64,000 nt of DNA, taken from assembly GCF_009914755.1 (NCBI RefSeq), contig NC_060934.1, one strand, 5' to 3'. The stretch is from the human T2T-CHM13v2.0 reference genome, Homo sapiens. The position numbers were made by a program, and so were the translations under genes. Under the pieces are notes generated by a model, which was not told the DNA's origin, ran no database searches, and saw nothing but the letters and a program-made list of their open reading frames with translations. Positions 15,194 to 30,729 of this stretch are shown here, piece by piece (positions within the stretch are counted from its first letter, which is position 1; every line of letters begins with the position of its first letter).

Positions 15194-15324
15194 AAGGGAT
15201 AAATATACCAGATAAAATAAAGATCTTTTCAACCACAACAGTTTTTCATTCCAGGAAAGTTTTAGAAGAAAAATCCAAAATAAGACGTCTAAACAATAGT
15301 GGCAAAGGAACCAGAAGGCATTTC
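15194..15324 (-). other. TIAL1: Candidate TIAL1 poison exon in intron 2 (131 nt; EMPSGSFATIV*)
   Basis: tttttttccctcaag|GAA acceptor, CTT|gtaagt donor, in-frame TAG. Confidence 0.6.
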
Positions 15325-16110
15325 CTTGAGGGAAAAAAAGTGGGATCGTTAATACTGACAACAAAACTATGGGCTCTCATACAAAATCCTACTGTTGTAG
15401 CCACGTGAATGCTGTTCTTAAGAGGTAAAGAAAGGAAATGGGGGAAGACTTCAAATGAAAACACACATTTAAATTCTTGTAAAAGAGTTATTACATTTAC
15501 CATAAATATTCATTGAAGAAAGGACATCAAAATAAATAAGAGGCTAAAATTGTGCTAGTTGAGTTTTCCTTTCACTCCTATCTCTTTTGCCCCAATGGTC
15601 TCTAAGGAAAACACTGATAATCACAGCAAAACATACAGGGGTCCAACAGCAGATCTATGATAATCCCATACACTTTAGGAAACTAGTCTACTCGTGAATA
15701 CCAATTTCAAATCTATCTAATAGTAGGCCAGCTCCCAATCAATGTATGCACGTGCATGTATATATACACATATATTCACTGACATCACATATTTTATATA
15801 TTCACATCACACTGCATATCATCTAATTTAAGACACCACTTATTTCTAAGTCACATCCCAACTGTCAGATATTAAAATTCTAAAAAAATTTGACTTAGAA
15901 TCAATAATATATATTTGTATTATATAAGGAAAGCTAGAATCTATGATAACAACATCTAAAGTAAAAAAAAAATCATAAAACTATGGGGGAAAAAGGATTT
16001 TTCACATACTGAAATGAAATTTATGAAAGAAAAATAAATAGCTGCTAGATACTCTGCTAGAGTTTATACCCTCTGGAAGCTTCTTATTTACACCACCAAG
16101 TGACATCCTA

Positions 16111-17059
<949 letters not shown>

Positions 17060-17299
17060 CTACCTTATTTAGCGTTGTCACCAATTTTTGTTGGATGACA
17101 TAAATGTCAAGACAGAGAAATATGAGACTTTACAAGCTCAAATCTAGGAGTTCTAGAATATGGATGTTATGAAAATTCATTTCGAGTCCCTCTACCCTTC
17201 AAATAGCTGTATGTATACATGGGGTTTTAAAAAATAGTTAAAATAAATCTTTACAAATGTTTCTCAAAAATTTTCTAGTGAGTCTTTCCCCACTTTCTC

Positions 17300-18615
17300 A
17301 CAACCCGTTCTCTCCTAAACCTACTTCTGTCAGCTTCCAAGCTAACCATGCCACTGAAACTGCATGTTGAGCTCAACAATGACCTCTCTGCTGCTTCTGT
17401 GATTCCTTTTCCATCCTAATCTTTACTTCCAAGCAGAATTCACTACAGTTGACCACCATCCTCCTTTAAACATTCTCTTCTGTCTCCTACCACACTCTGG
17501 TTTTCCTGTTTCCTCACTGTAGGATCTTTCTTCCCTTACTCAAACTCTAAATGTTGAGCTTGTCCAGGGCTCAGACCTCACGGCCTCTGTGCTCTTCTTT
17601 ACCATCATTCTCTCTCTGTGAACTCATCTAGTCCCATGGCTTCATGGATTCAAATACCACTGCAAGCTTCAGCACCGGTCTCTCTAGAGTTGCAAACTAC
17701 TTTATCCAACTGCCTAATCTAACGTCCACTTTGATGTCTAATTCATGTCTTAAATCTAACATCCAAAACACAATTTCTGATTCCCACCACTCCCCATGGT
17801 GACATCCATCAGGTCACCCCCACTTTAGCAAATAAATAGCATTACCAACTATACAACTGCATTAACATGAATCTTAGGGTATTTCCTGATTTCTTCCTTT
17901 CCCTATGTCCCACAGCCAACCCAGTCCTATCAATTCTACCTCCAAAATATATTCCAAATCTATCAACCTCTGTCCTTATCTTGACTTCGGCTAGCACTTT
18001 CGAGAATAAGCCTCCATCATCTCTTACCTAGACTAGTGAAGTAAATCCAGATGGTTTTTCTCCTTCTGCTCTTGCCCGCTACAATCTATTCTCCATAAAA
18101 CAGTCATTCTCTACATAGAGTAGTAAGCTTAAATATGCAAATCTTGGCACCTCATCCCCCTGCTTAAGCCCCTCCACTGGTCTGCCACAGCAATCAGAGT
18201 AAAACCTAAACTATGTCATGGACCATAATGTCCTGTGATTCTGAATCCTGCTGTTAGACTCATTTCCCTTAACTCCCCTCCATCCCTCACCAGACTCTAG
18301 CCATCGGTCTTTGATTCCACAAACACAAGTTCATTACCAACTCAAGACTTGTATTTGCTGTTTCCTCTGCCTCCAGCTCTTACCATAGATAGCACCATCT
18401 TGTTATTCATCTCAGCTCAAAGAGGTGACATCTCTCATCACCTAGCCTATATAGCACCAACCCTCCAATCATCACAGAACTCTGTTTTATTCTCTTCATG
18501 GCTTACATCCCTATTTGCTTGGGAAACTCATTTGGCTGTCTCTCCATTATATCTCCAGTACCTTGTATAGTGCCTAGTGCAAAGGAAATTTTTGATCGAT
18601 GAAAGCACAAATAAA
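17300..18615 (+). mobile_element. L2 LINE 3' fragment in TIAL1 intron 2
   Basis: ccactgaaactgc, ctcatctagtcccatggctt, caattctacctccaaaatatatt, tagtgcctagtg L2 motifs. Confidence 0.75.
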
Positions 18616-19681
18616 TAATTAAAGGCAGGAAGGAAAAATATAATACACCAGAACAAAATGATGATTGTCATTACTTGGGAAAGACAATCAAAAGGCCAAT
18701 GCACTTTAAAGGTTTTTAACAGTTCTCCGTTTCAGGATAAAACAAACTCTTTAGCACAGTTTCTAGCCCTTTCCATAAACTCCTGCCATCTCTTACGACT
18801 AATTCCATTTTAACTACAACCATGCTACGGGTTCTATTTTTCCCTCTCTGTCTCAAGCACTCCTGCTCTCCCTACCAACCTGGATCAAAGTTCCCTTTAT
18901 TTGGAATCCCTTCTTCCCTCAATTCCTTTCTAGCCAGTATGTACTACTATCCTTTCAAGGTTTCCGCCTAGGCAGTGAGTCCTCCAAGAAGCCGCTCACT
19001 GACCTAAGGCTGCACTGGATACACATTTGCTCCCACAGCACTTTAAGTTGTCTGCTTCTAGAGCATTTATTATCCTACTTCCTAAGTGCCTGCTAACTCC
19101 TTTGTCTCCCTACTAAACTGTAAAATTCTCTGGGCCAAGGAACTATCTTTATTCACCAGTGTATCTCTAGCACTTACTGCAGTATCTAGTACATAGGAAA
19201 TAGTCCAAAAAAAAAAAAGAAAGCTGATCAATGAACAAAAACACAAGGAAGAAAAGCCTAAAACATGACTAATTGGGTGCTGCTACAGTCTTAGCAGGAA
19301 AGTATAAAAAGGTAAGTATTTGCTACAGACACACGAGACGAACGGTGCTGCACACTACACACATAATAACTTCGTGTTCTCGCACATGAACACATGCTGT
19401 CTAAATCGTTAACATTCTTATTGGAATTGTATGAAATACTTTCCAATTTTTCACCATTCTGAAATGAGCTCTAATAATGTTCTGAAAGCAGAATCACTTC
19501 AAGATAACCACACCATGAAGAATGACCGTTTGAGCTTAACAGCACGGAAACTTTGCCCTCTTAAATAAAACTCCATTCTAAGCCTAGTTTGTCAGCCAAA
19601 TCAAAGTAATAAGTCAACACAACACAAATCTCTCCACCAGAATAACTTGAGGCTTACAATGAAATTTTAAAATCATGCTAA

Positions 19682-20233
<552 letters not shown>

Positions 20234-20737
20234 TAACTTCCTCTGTTTTCAACAAAATTTCTCCAATTAAACCTGATCCTATGAAAGTAAGATTAACCCT
20301 TATTTAGGAAAGCAACAATTGTTCTTAGGCCACTAAAATACCACTCTGAAAGACATTTAAAGAACAAATCAATGTGATCTTGTATACCCCAATGGCATTA
20401 TTATTCTGTACCCTGGATATCATTTTCTCATCTTATTCTAATTGTTAAAATTTTAAACTGGTCTCAAGATAACTACAATTTCTAATTAAAAATAATTTAT
20501 AACACACACACACATACAACAAATACTAATTCATTAAAACATCTGATTGTAATAGGATATTAAACATAAAGTGAGTTTATCTTAGATTCCCAACCAAAGC
20601 AATTACATGAACAAAGAACAGAATTAAAGTTATAGTAAAACATACAGAGGGTGGAGGGTTTTTGTTGTTTTGTTTTTGGCTGAGTAAGGTTGTTTGCAAT
20701 GATGTCTTCACTGTTTCATTTTAGGAGAGCAGGGTAA

Positions 20738-21029
<292 letters not shown>

Positions 21030-22066
21030 TGAGTCTCCCAAAGTGCTGGGATTACAGGAGTGAGCCACCATGCCCAGCCAACAAAATATATCTTAATGTA
21101 GATAAAAAAGCTAATACAAAGATTTCTTAAGAAATTCAGAGAAAAACTAAGACAAATCCAGGCATACTTTTGACTATGGACACTTAAAAATTTGGGTTTT
21201 TTTTCCTAATTACAATTGAATGTGTTTTGTGTAAAAGATTTTAAATACAGGAAAGTTTAAAAAAGAAAAGAAAAAAATGCTACTTCATCACACAGAGAGG
21301 ACCACCTTGGTTTATGTCTTGTACTATGGATTTATCTTAATTTATCTAAATAAATTGCCAAACACTAAAGTCTTTCTGGTATTCTACACATAATTCCTCA
21401 AATTTGCATCTGTTATGAACAACCTCATAAACCAAACAATATCTGTAAAATTTAACAAAGTTCATTCTGGAAAGTAGATTTCTTTTTCTACTTGTAATAT
21501 ATTACATCTGGAAACTGAGTATTAAGACCAAAATAAGACTTGCAACATAGCTGCCACATTAAATACACAACATGCTTTAAGATGGAATACTCAAAGGGAA
21601 AAATAGACTGAGAAAGCTTAGGTTAAGTAAAAAACTTAAAAGATCCAATTAAGAATTAGTAGCGATTTTCCAGTTAAGAATTTTATTGCAATGAGTACTA
21701 ATAATCTTAGTGTACCTGCTCTAAAATTGAAACACACATCCAATATTACCTAACTAGAGGACTAAACAAGTGACAAACTGTTTTACGTCCACTATGCCAC
21801 CTTTTCCACGTAATTAAGGAGCTGATCCATCAGCAGGCCAATGTAGTGACATACTTTTTCCAGCAGGACTAAAAGGTTATTGGGTTATGAGCCAGCGATA
21901 GGCTGCTTGCCCCTTCTTAACTCATAGGGGTTTGTGAGCCTGTATCTCTGAAATGATTTCTTTTTGTACAGAGTAGACCTATCTGTAAGAAAAATGAACA
22001 AGTGACCAGGCATGGTGGCTCACGCCTGTAATCCCAGCACTTTGGGAGGCTATGGCAGGCGGATCA

Positions 22067-22429
<363 letters not shown>

Positions 22430-22677
22430 TTATGCTCCTTGCCTAAAGGGCTAGTTAGCTCACTTCTAAGAGAAAAGAAGGATGGATAAAACTGGTTTTC
22501 ACATATTGAAGCTAGCTAATAACAAAATTAAAATAGAATTATCATTTTAATATAACACATTTTAAATGATTTAAATAGTTTTAAATTTCCATTACTGTTT
22601 AAACATCAATTTCTTCAGGAAAAACTGTATTGGAATTAGTTACCTTCTATATCTAATAGTCACAAAAAAAGCCGTCA

Positions 22678-23013
<336 letters not shown>

Positions 23014-24341
23014 TCAACCTATTTCCCGCCAGTTACAGATCTTGAAGAATTTCTAGAGGCATATTTAGATATATTAATTTACATTTCTAGCACTGAAAGC
23101 AAAGATGAAAACGTTAATATCTAAGTTTAGAATGTCATGAAATATTTATTTAAAAATCCAGTATTAAGGTTTCCTATTTTTCAAATTATCTCCACTAAAA
23201 GTTAAATGTTAAGCAGCAAACTAAATTTCAAAAACTAACATGAAAGGCCTTCCATAACAACACATACAATATCTTAATTTACCAGGATTAAAAGGCCATG
23301 ATTCACTATATAATTTCACCTAAACTTTACCCAAATTTCAGACTGCCTTTTCTTTTACTGAGTTCTTGTACCCAAATTTCAGATTGCCTCTTCATTTACA
23401 TTTGCCTTCGTGCATCATAACACTTGAGAGACGTATTGTATAGCTTTTAAAATACTGTACTATTCTATTTTAAGTACTTTTACAGTATCATAAAATAATC
23501 TGTCCCAAAGTAAATACTAACAAAAATATTTAAGACAAAGTTCAATGCCTGACCTAGTAAGATCATCTCTTGGTAGTTCATTGAAATGACATCTTTATTC
23601 GTTCCAAATTATAGCTTCTACACTTCACTTTCTTTCTGCTCTGGTTATGAAATAGTCAAGCTAAAGATCCAAGTCTTTAAATATATAATTGCTACCTAAA
23701 GAACATACACAAAATAACAGAAAAAAGATAAATGGCTCTAATTTTTGTATTGAGAGGTCAATTCAAAGAGTAAACACTTAGGAAATTCCAAAATGATTTT
23801 TAACTCAACGAAAAAATTCAGAAGAGGCATACCTTAGAGTCTATTTTGTCTTCTAAGAACAGGAACTGTAGGAACTGAAGCATTAAAAACTGAAAATGAC
23901 ACCTTTATCTCTAATATCAGGGTTAAAATCCAATTTGGGGCTAAAAACTTAGCAGTTTCACAGTAGGCAGAAATTCACATTGCCAAACTACTTCCTGTGT
24001 CCGACTGGGCAGAATTTTAAGTTAAGAATATCATGCCTTTCAGAAGACTAATGACACTTTTTCAACACTGAATGTGCTCTCACTCTGAAAAGAGTAGCCC
24101 TACCAAGGCTGAAATTATCAGCACTTTCACACAAAAAACTATAGCTAAATTTCCATAATAGTTTTGCTTTTGTTCTTGACAAGTCCTATACAAGAAGAGA
24201 TTTTGCAATAATATCCTTCAATAGATCTCTAATTAATTGTTCAATTTGTCGGTACAGTATTTCATTTTAGGAAGGAGGCATGATGGAAGATAGCTGCAGG
24301 AGGTACAACTAAATTGACCAACTATATATATGAGATATTCT

Positions 24342-24378
24342 CACACACACACACACACACACACTCACTCTCTCTCTC
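24342..24378 (+). repeat. (CA)n(CT)n microsatellite
   Basis: direct inspection. Confidence 0.95.
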
Positions 24379-26222
24379 TTACTTTAAAGAAACAAAGAAT
24401 ATGATTAAGTTGAATTTGAATGAGGGGCTTGATTATAGCCACAGTATAGCCAAATCCATGGTATAGCCAGTCAATTTTGTAATAGTTTATAGAATTTTCT
24501 TCTGCTTTGTTCTTAGATGTTCAGATTATACTCTAAATCATTAGCTTATTTCCAGGAAGAAAGAATAGCCTTAAAGGAAGGGATTGTGTAACATGGTATT
24601 ACACGAATTCCTAGCAATTTTGGTGCATCCGATAGATGAAGAAAATAAAATAAGCTACAATAAAACACTATTACAATTTAGTGTCATATTGTAGATTCAG
24701 ATATACCATGGATCAAATCACTGCACTACAAAGATACACACAACCCAAGCCTGAAATGTGTGTCCCACAAGGCAGGTGTCAGACAGTCCAGTTCCAACAC
24801 CAGTATTACACAGCATGATCTTGTTTGTTTTTTTAGATCACAAGTTACTCAATGCATAATACCCCAAAATAAATGTCAAATGAGAATGAAGAACATCAGA
24901 AAACAGACCTTTAAAGCAACTATATGACAAATAGAAATTTAGGCTCAACATCAAAGCAATTCTTGCCACTTTAAATACCATCAAATAAATTAGTAATACT
25001 GTAGGTAATGAATATTTAAAGACCTACCTAGGCTCTAAACACCATATTGTTTTCTGAAGATAGAACCATATGTCTTAGCTTGTGTGTGTCTGCAGGAAAA
25101 AAACCTCACTAGTAACACACAGGCATCTTAAGGAAACAATTTAAGATAAGCTTTGTTAAGAACACATTCTTTTAAAACATACTGGCCACTTGAAAAACCT
25201 AATCCATAGCTCACAATGTAAAATATAAGATCTCCATAAACAAAAAACCCTACTAGATATCAACGTCTAAAATCATGTTCAGTTTTCATCATGTTACTTA
25301 TATCTAATAGAACCCTTTGAGAATATGTAAAACGTACACTTAGAAAAACTATGCATTATTTGTATTAAACTCTAATAAAAATCCCAATTGTTAAACATTT
25401 GCTTTTATCTCAAGATTTTACATTTGAAGGTTTTAAAAAATATATAAAAGTCAACAGACTGCACCACATGTGACAGTAATGTCTGCCTACAATCTTAGTT
25501 CAACCAGGACTTTTAAAAAAGAACTTAATACTAATTTAATGAAAGAAGTATAATCACTGTAGAAATTCTGAGTACCTCTTATGTTCCAGGCAGTGAACTA
25601 AGTGCTGTGGGGGTAAGACCTAGGAAGATGTAGTAGTCCTTCTCTTAAAAAAAAAAAAAGGCCCTATGGAAAAGGGTGGGAGAAGGAAAAAGGAAGACAG
25701 AATAGTAAACACGTACTGACATACAAAACAACAGAGTTAAGATGTTTATTTATTCATATGAACATGTCACAGTTTTAGAGAACTGTAAACATAGACAACT
25801 TAACTGTTTCAAAGAAAGAACAAGAGATTAGAGAAGGTAGAGGAAGGAAATAAGTGACAAAGAAGTTAGCTTATTATTCCCCTGGAGAAACTCTGATAGG
25901 GATGAAGGCAAGGCAGATGCAAAGATAAATAAAAGACATCAAAAAAGCACATTCTTTAGCACTACAAAACCAGAGATTCCTCTTGGTAAGGAACAGATAC
26001 AGTAAATGAGACCCCTGCCATGAGTATTTATCAATCATTCAGTGTGTGATGATACTTCAGATTTTTAGATACAATGTAACTTTTATCTTTGTTAAATACA
26101 TGTTAGCTAGTCTTTAAGCCTAGCTTTCCCAGATGCTTATATCAAAGTACACATTGTAACTCAACACCAAGTCTTGGCTTCAACAGATGTTGAAGGATAA
26201 AATTTTTTTTTTAATTGTTTAG

Positions 26223-26435
<213 letters not shown>

Positions 26436-28009
26436 TGATCCGCCCACCTCGGCCTCCCAAAGTGCTGGGATTACAGGCGTGAGCCACTGCGCCCGGCCTG
26501 AAGGACAAATTTCAAGTGTGTCCCAATTCTTTCTTCTAGGGAGAGAAGGCAGAAATGGAAGACAACACAAAACACAAAGACGTTCTATTAAGCAGGCGTT
26601 TCATTGAAGCATTGGATGTGCTTCAGTAGGCCTCAGATTCTCAAAACGGGACGGATACTTCAGTGAGACGTTAGAGAACACATTTATTCCTGTACAAGGC
26701 CACACCAAAAAAATCTCTATCAATACTGAACATCTATCTTCTTTACTGAGCATCCTTTCTTTGGTAGGAGTGAAGAGATGTGAAGCTAGTCAAACTTCTC
26801 GAGTGCCCCTCCACCTTCATCTATTCCCTAAAAAGCAATTTCCCCATCAGAGAGCAGAGCCAAGTGGACTATGATCCTATCAATACCAGGAGAGGCAAGA
26901 GAAACAAAGCAGCGATCTGACTCCTTGGTACTCAAGGTAGGAGTGCTAGACCTGGAGAGGCCGGGAAATTAGGGTGCCCAATTTAAACATTTAATTAAAA
27001 AGTATTCAGACTTAAAAAAAAAAAAAAAGATGCAGAGAAAAGGAGTGCCACACTATTCAGAAAGGAATGCAAATGCTGAGTCATCACTCTTCATTGGAAA
27101 GGAAGGAAACCAGAATTAAGTGGTTGGAAGATGGAATTCATTCATTAGATTGAGCTTCAGGTAAAAAGCAACAGCAAGACAGGAGAAAAAGCGTTCAGAA
27201 GACACACATCAAATAGCGGATGAAGACATAATTTTAGCCAACTCTGAAGCTTTCGACGCACAAACAGATTAGGAAGAGGCAACACCTAGAGAGCAAAAGG
27301 AGTTTAACAACTGGTTGTCAGTTTAGCGTAGGGAGCGCTCAAAGTAAACTTCTTTATCCAAGAAGGGAAAGATGCTCGGGCAGCAAAAGGTATCCCTTAT
27401 GTACTTCAAAAGTAGCGGGCGCTAGGCGGGTGTTTCTGACAGCGTGGGCGGGGGCACGTGGGGCATAAAGAGAGAAGGGGCTTGAGTGGTGAAAGAGTGT
27501 CCTGCTTCCTCCGAGAGCTTAGCTGGGGAGAAGAGCTGGGAGCGACTCGAGCTGAGGACGTGGAAGGGGTGAGTGCTAATTCCTCAGGGCCCGCGGGGCC
27601 CACCCCCGGGCCCACCCCCAATCCTACCCCCGCCAGGCCCTTCCCCCGTGGGCGCCGGCAGCTCCAGGCCCAGCCCAGGGCGTCCAACGCGGAGGGGGTG
27701 CAGGAGTTCTCCTGGGCCTGACAGCCTCAGCCGTGCAGAAACCCGGCCTAGGGAGGGCATGCAAAGAAGGACGCCAGAGAAAAAGGTCGAGACAAGCCCC
27801 AGACCCCAGGAAGTGACTGTTTGGGGGAAGGGAGGATTTCCTTCCCAAGGAAAAGGGGACAGATGAGGAATGCACTTCGCGTCCACGCCGCCCTGGTCAG
27901 GGAGCCGCCTAGAGTCCCGGCTTCGGCCCAGTCTCTCCTGCTCCCTCCCTTAGCGTCCCGCGGTGCCCGGGCCTCTTGGCGCCTGGCACCCCTCGTCTCG
28001 GGTACTCAC

Positions 28010-28041
28010 AGAGTCCGGGGCTGCCCGTCGTCTTCCATCAT
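28010..28041 (-). CDS. TIAL1: TIAL1 coding exon 1 (MMEDDGQPRTL)
   Basis: ATG at 28041-28039 in context CACCATGA; 32 nt then donor CT|gtgagt; matches TIAR N-terminus. Confidence 0.98.
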
Positions 28042-28244
28042 GGTGGGTGCGACGGAGCGATCCCGGGACAAGGGGGAGGGCAGGGTTGGGGAGGGGAGGG
28101 GGTGGGGAGGAAGGGGAGGGGGGCTCTGGGCACCGGCTGGGGACAGAGGAAAAGGCACCGAACCCTGCTCTCGGGCTCTCTCCCCCCAGCCCGCTCCGGA
28201 CACTGCGCTCCAACCAGGAGGAGCAGGAGGAGGAGGAGGATGAA

Positions 28245-28257
28245 CAAAATGGCCGCC
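28245..28257 (+). promoter_or_regulatory. YY1 motif in TIAL1 5'UTR
   Basis: CAAAATGGCCGCC matches the YY1 AANATGGC core. Confidence 0.65.
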
Positions 28258-28497
28258 GCCACCAGCCAGGCAGGAAACAGGGCAGAGCGCAGGCGCGACC
28301 CGCCAGGTCACCGCTCAGGCCAGCCGCGACAGCCTGCAAGGGGGACGACCGAGGGGAGAGAAAAAAGGGCCGCCGAGGAAACCCTGGGACCCGCTCACGA
28401 CGGATCACGTCGTCGCTGTGGGCCTCTGGCCGGCCGAAGCCCAGCCAGCTCCGGGAGAGATCGGGCAAAAAGAGAAACGTCGTGAAGCCGAAGTCTC

Positions 28498-28758
28498 TGG
28501 GAATTGTGGTCCTGGAAATGAGAGAGGGAAGCACTTCTGCAGAGGACTTCTGGAACCTGTGGTTAAGAGGAGCCGCCGGCGCCCACCCGCGCTGGGACGT
28601 GAAGAGGAGACTTCTGGGTAGTGTAGTCATACGTGAGGACGTGCGACGACCAGGAAGTCGGCGGGCTGGGAGGTAAAGGGAAGAATAAAAGCGACATTGA
28701 AAGGCGGGGAGACCAAGTGGGGAAAAGCGCTGTCTGGGAAAGCGAACTACAAGTCCCA
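28498..28758. promoter_or_regulatory. Three ZNF143/THAP11-type (ACTACAnnnCCCA) motifs plus an ETS site
   Basis: minus ACCACAATTCCCA 28510-28498, minus ACTACACTACCCA 28627-28615, plus ACTACAAGTCCCA 28746-28758; CAGGAAGT at 28651-28658. Confidence 0.75.
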
Positions 28759-29991
28759 GAGTTCCTCGCGCCGGGGGCTGTCCTCGGACTGCTCCAGGCA
28801 TTGTAAGGCTCTTCTGTTGGCCCAGTCTGAGCTGCTGCTCCGCCTTCGTCCAGCCCGAGAGCGGTTTCTTCAACTGTGGCTCAGGCAGCACTCTCCCTCC
28901 GCGTGGTGTCCGAGCCAGCAGGGCCGTCCGGCCCTCCTGTGTTCATCAGAACGGCTGGCTCGCGTTAGTCAACCGCCGCTTCGCGCGACAGTCAGAAGAG
29001 AGGCTGTGCTGGCGGGGACCCGGAGGGGTTGGGGTGTTTTGGGGACTCGATTTCCCACAAATAGGTATTTCTAGCCTATTTGTTAAATACAAGTAGGTGG
29101 CCTGCTTGTAAATTGCTTTACAAGTTTCAGAGGTTTCCCTATCAAATGTCTCATCGGATAGTGGGGTAAGAAGAGGAGCCCTATTATAATGACTTGCCCA
29201 ACTCCCCCCGTATTCTTGGAGTTAAAAGAAAAAAAAATCCTTGGGCAGAGACGTGCACAAACATAAAGTTGCGTTTACAGACATCAGTCATGTGGGCTAG
29301 AAACGCAGTTTTGCATGAAGATAGGGGAAGCCATGTTCACACTAGCTCTGCATCCCTGTAGAATTTGTCTTCTCACCCCCCACAACAGTTCCTGGTGTGC
29401 TTTTTTCCTCCTCTAAGTACCTTCAGGAGAAAGTACTTGGTCTTGTAGCTTAGTGAAGAGTGGCGATGAAGAAAGATCTTTCAGCCCATTGCCAGAACTT
29501 AACTGCCCCGGTTAGTAATGGCTTAAGAGTTGCTTCTGCCGACATGTACTAAGTGCATGTCGACCTCTGCAAGTGGCGGTGCGTATGCGTGCCACTGAAC
29601 ATTAATCTTGAAAGCAGAATCAACCATGCAGCAAGCCCTTATGTTGTCCATTTTCAGGGGAGGAAATTTCAACCTGAAAGACTTCATAGAGACACGGCAA
29701 AGGAGTTGAGCCCCATAAGAGTCCGTAGGAACAACAAAAGGCTCAGACGCCAGGACCCATGGCTAAAATGTATGGGCTGGGGATGCGGGCGGGAGCGGGG
29801 GGAAGGGAACTAAAGCTAGAGAGGACCTTGTAGAACCGTGTTGTCAAGAATCTATTTCATGCTGAGGAATTTGAGCTTTCTCTTCCAGGCAGTGAGGAGC
29901 CACTCAAAGGTTTTGTCTATGTTTTTAATTGGACCTAGGTGTAGAACTGGATTTAATTATAATCCAATTCATTAACCCATGCCTGGCCCGC

Positions 29992-30425
29992 TGTGATAGT
30001 TTCCTGTTGATGCTGTAACAAATTACTGCAAATTTAGATACTTAAAACAACACGAATTTATTTTCTTACAATTCTGGAAGTCAGAAGTCCAAAATCAGTT
30101 ACACTGGGCTAAAATCAAGGTGTCGGCAGGGCTGGTTCCTTGCCTTTTCCAGCTTCTAGAGGCTGCCTGCATTCCTTGGCTCTTGGCCCCATCCTCCATC
30201 TTCAAGAAAAGAAGCATAGTATCTTCTTTCTTCTCTGCCTCTGTACGTACATCGTGATTCTCCTGCCACCCCTTTTCATTTACGAGAACCTTTTGTGATT
30301 ACTTTGGGCGAAGATTATCTCAAGATTCTTAATCACATCTGCAAAGTCCCTTTTAGCATAACATTCCCAAATTCTGGGAATTAGGACATAGAAATCTTTG
30401 GTGGACCATTATTCAGTTTACCGCA
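29992..30425 (-). mobile_element. MLT1-family MaLR LTR
   Basis: gctgtaacaaattac...cttaaaacaac...ttctggaagtcagaagtccaaaatc hallmark motifs. Confidence 0.75.
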
Positions 30426-30729
30426 CCCACCTTTATTACTTTAGTTTTGATTATAGCCACAAACCCACCACACTAAAAAGTTATAATGACACGAGTTTAT
30501 ATCTGTATCTATGCTATACCTCCTACACACAATAACACACACCCCTGCCTTCGCTTGGGGTAACCATCTTTCTGAATCCTGTCTTTACTATTTATTGCTT
30601 TCCTTCTACAAGGTTTTATTCCACATGTACATAGTCCTAAAAATCATATGTATATACATGTATATTTGAGTTTTTTTTTAACTTAGTAAAAAGAATATGC
30701 CCACTACAAACTAGAATGGTTAAAATGGG

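Larger units (their letters stand above)
27410..29050. promoter_or_regulatory. TIAL1: CpG island / TIAL1 promoter, 5'UTR and start of intron 1
   Basis: abrupt GC- and CpG-rich block surrounding exon 1. Confidence 0.95.

Noticed and set aside
23833-23889. Possible intron-1 micro-exon with AAG|gtatgc donor
   Set aside because: Three competing weak acceptors; cannot be told from a pseudo-exon
27406-29074. Long overlapping ORFs (313, 237, 169 aa etc.) around exon 1
   Set aside because: Stop-poor CpG-island sequence; only the 32-nt exon-1 segment is coding and no domain similarity is recognisable
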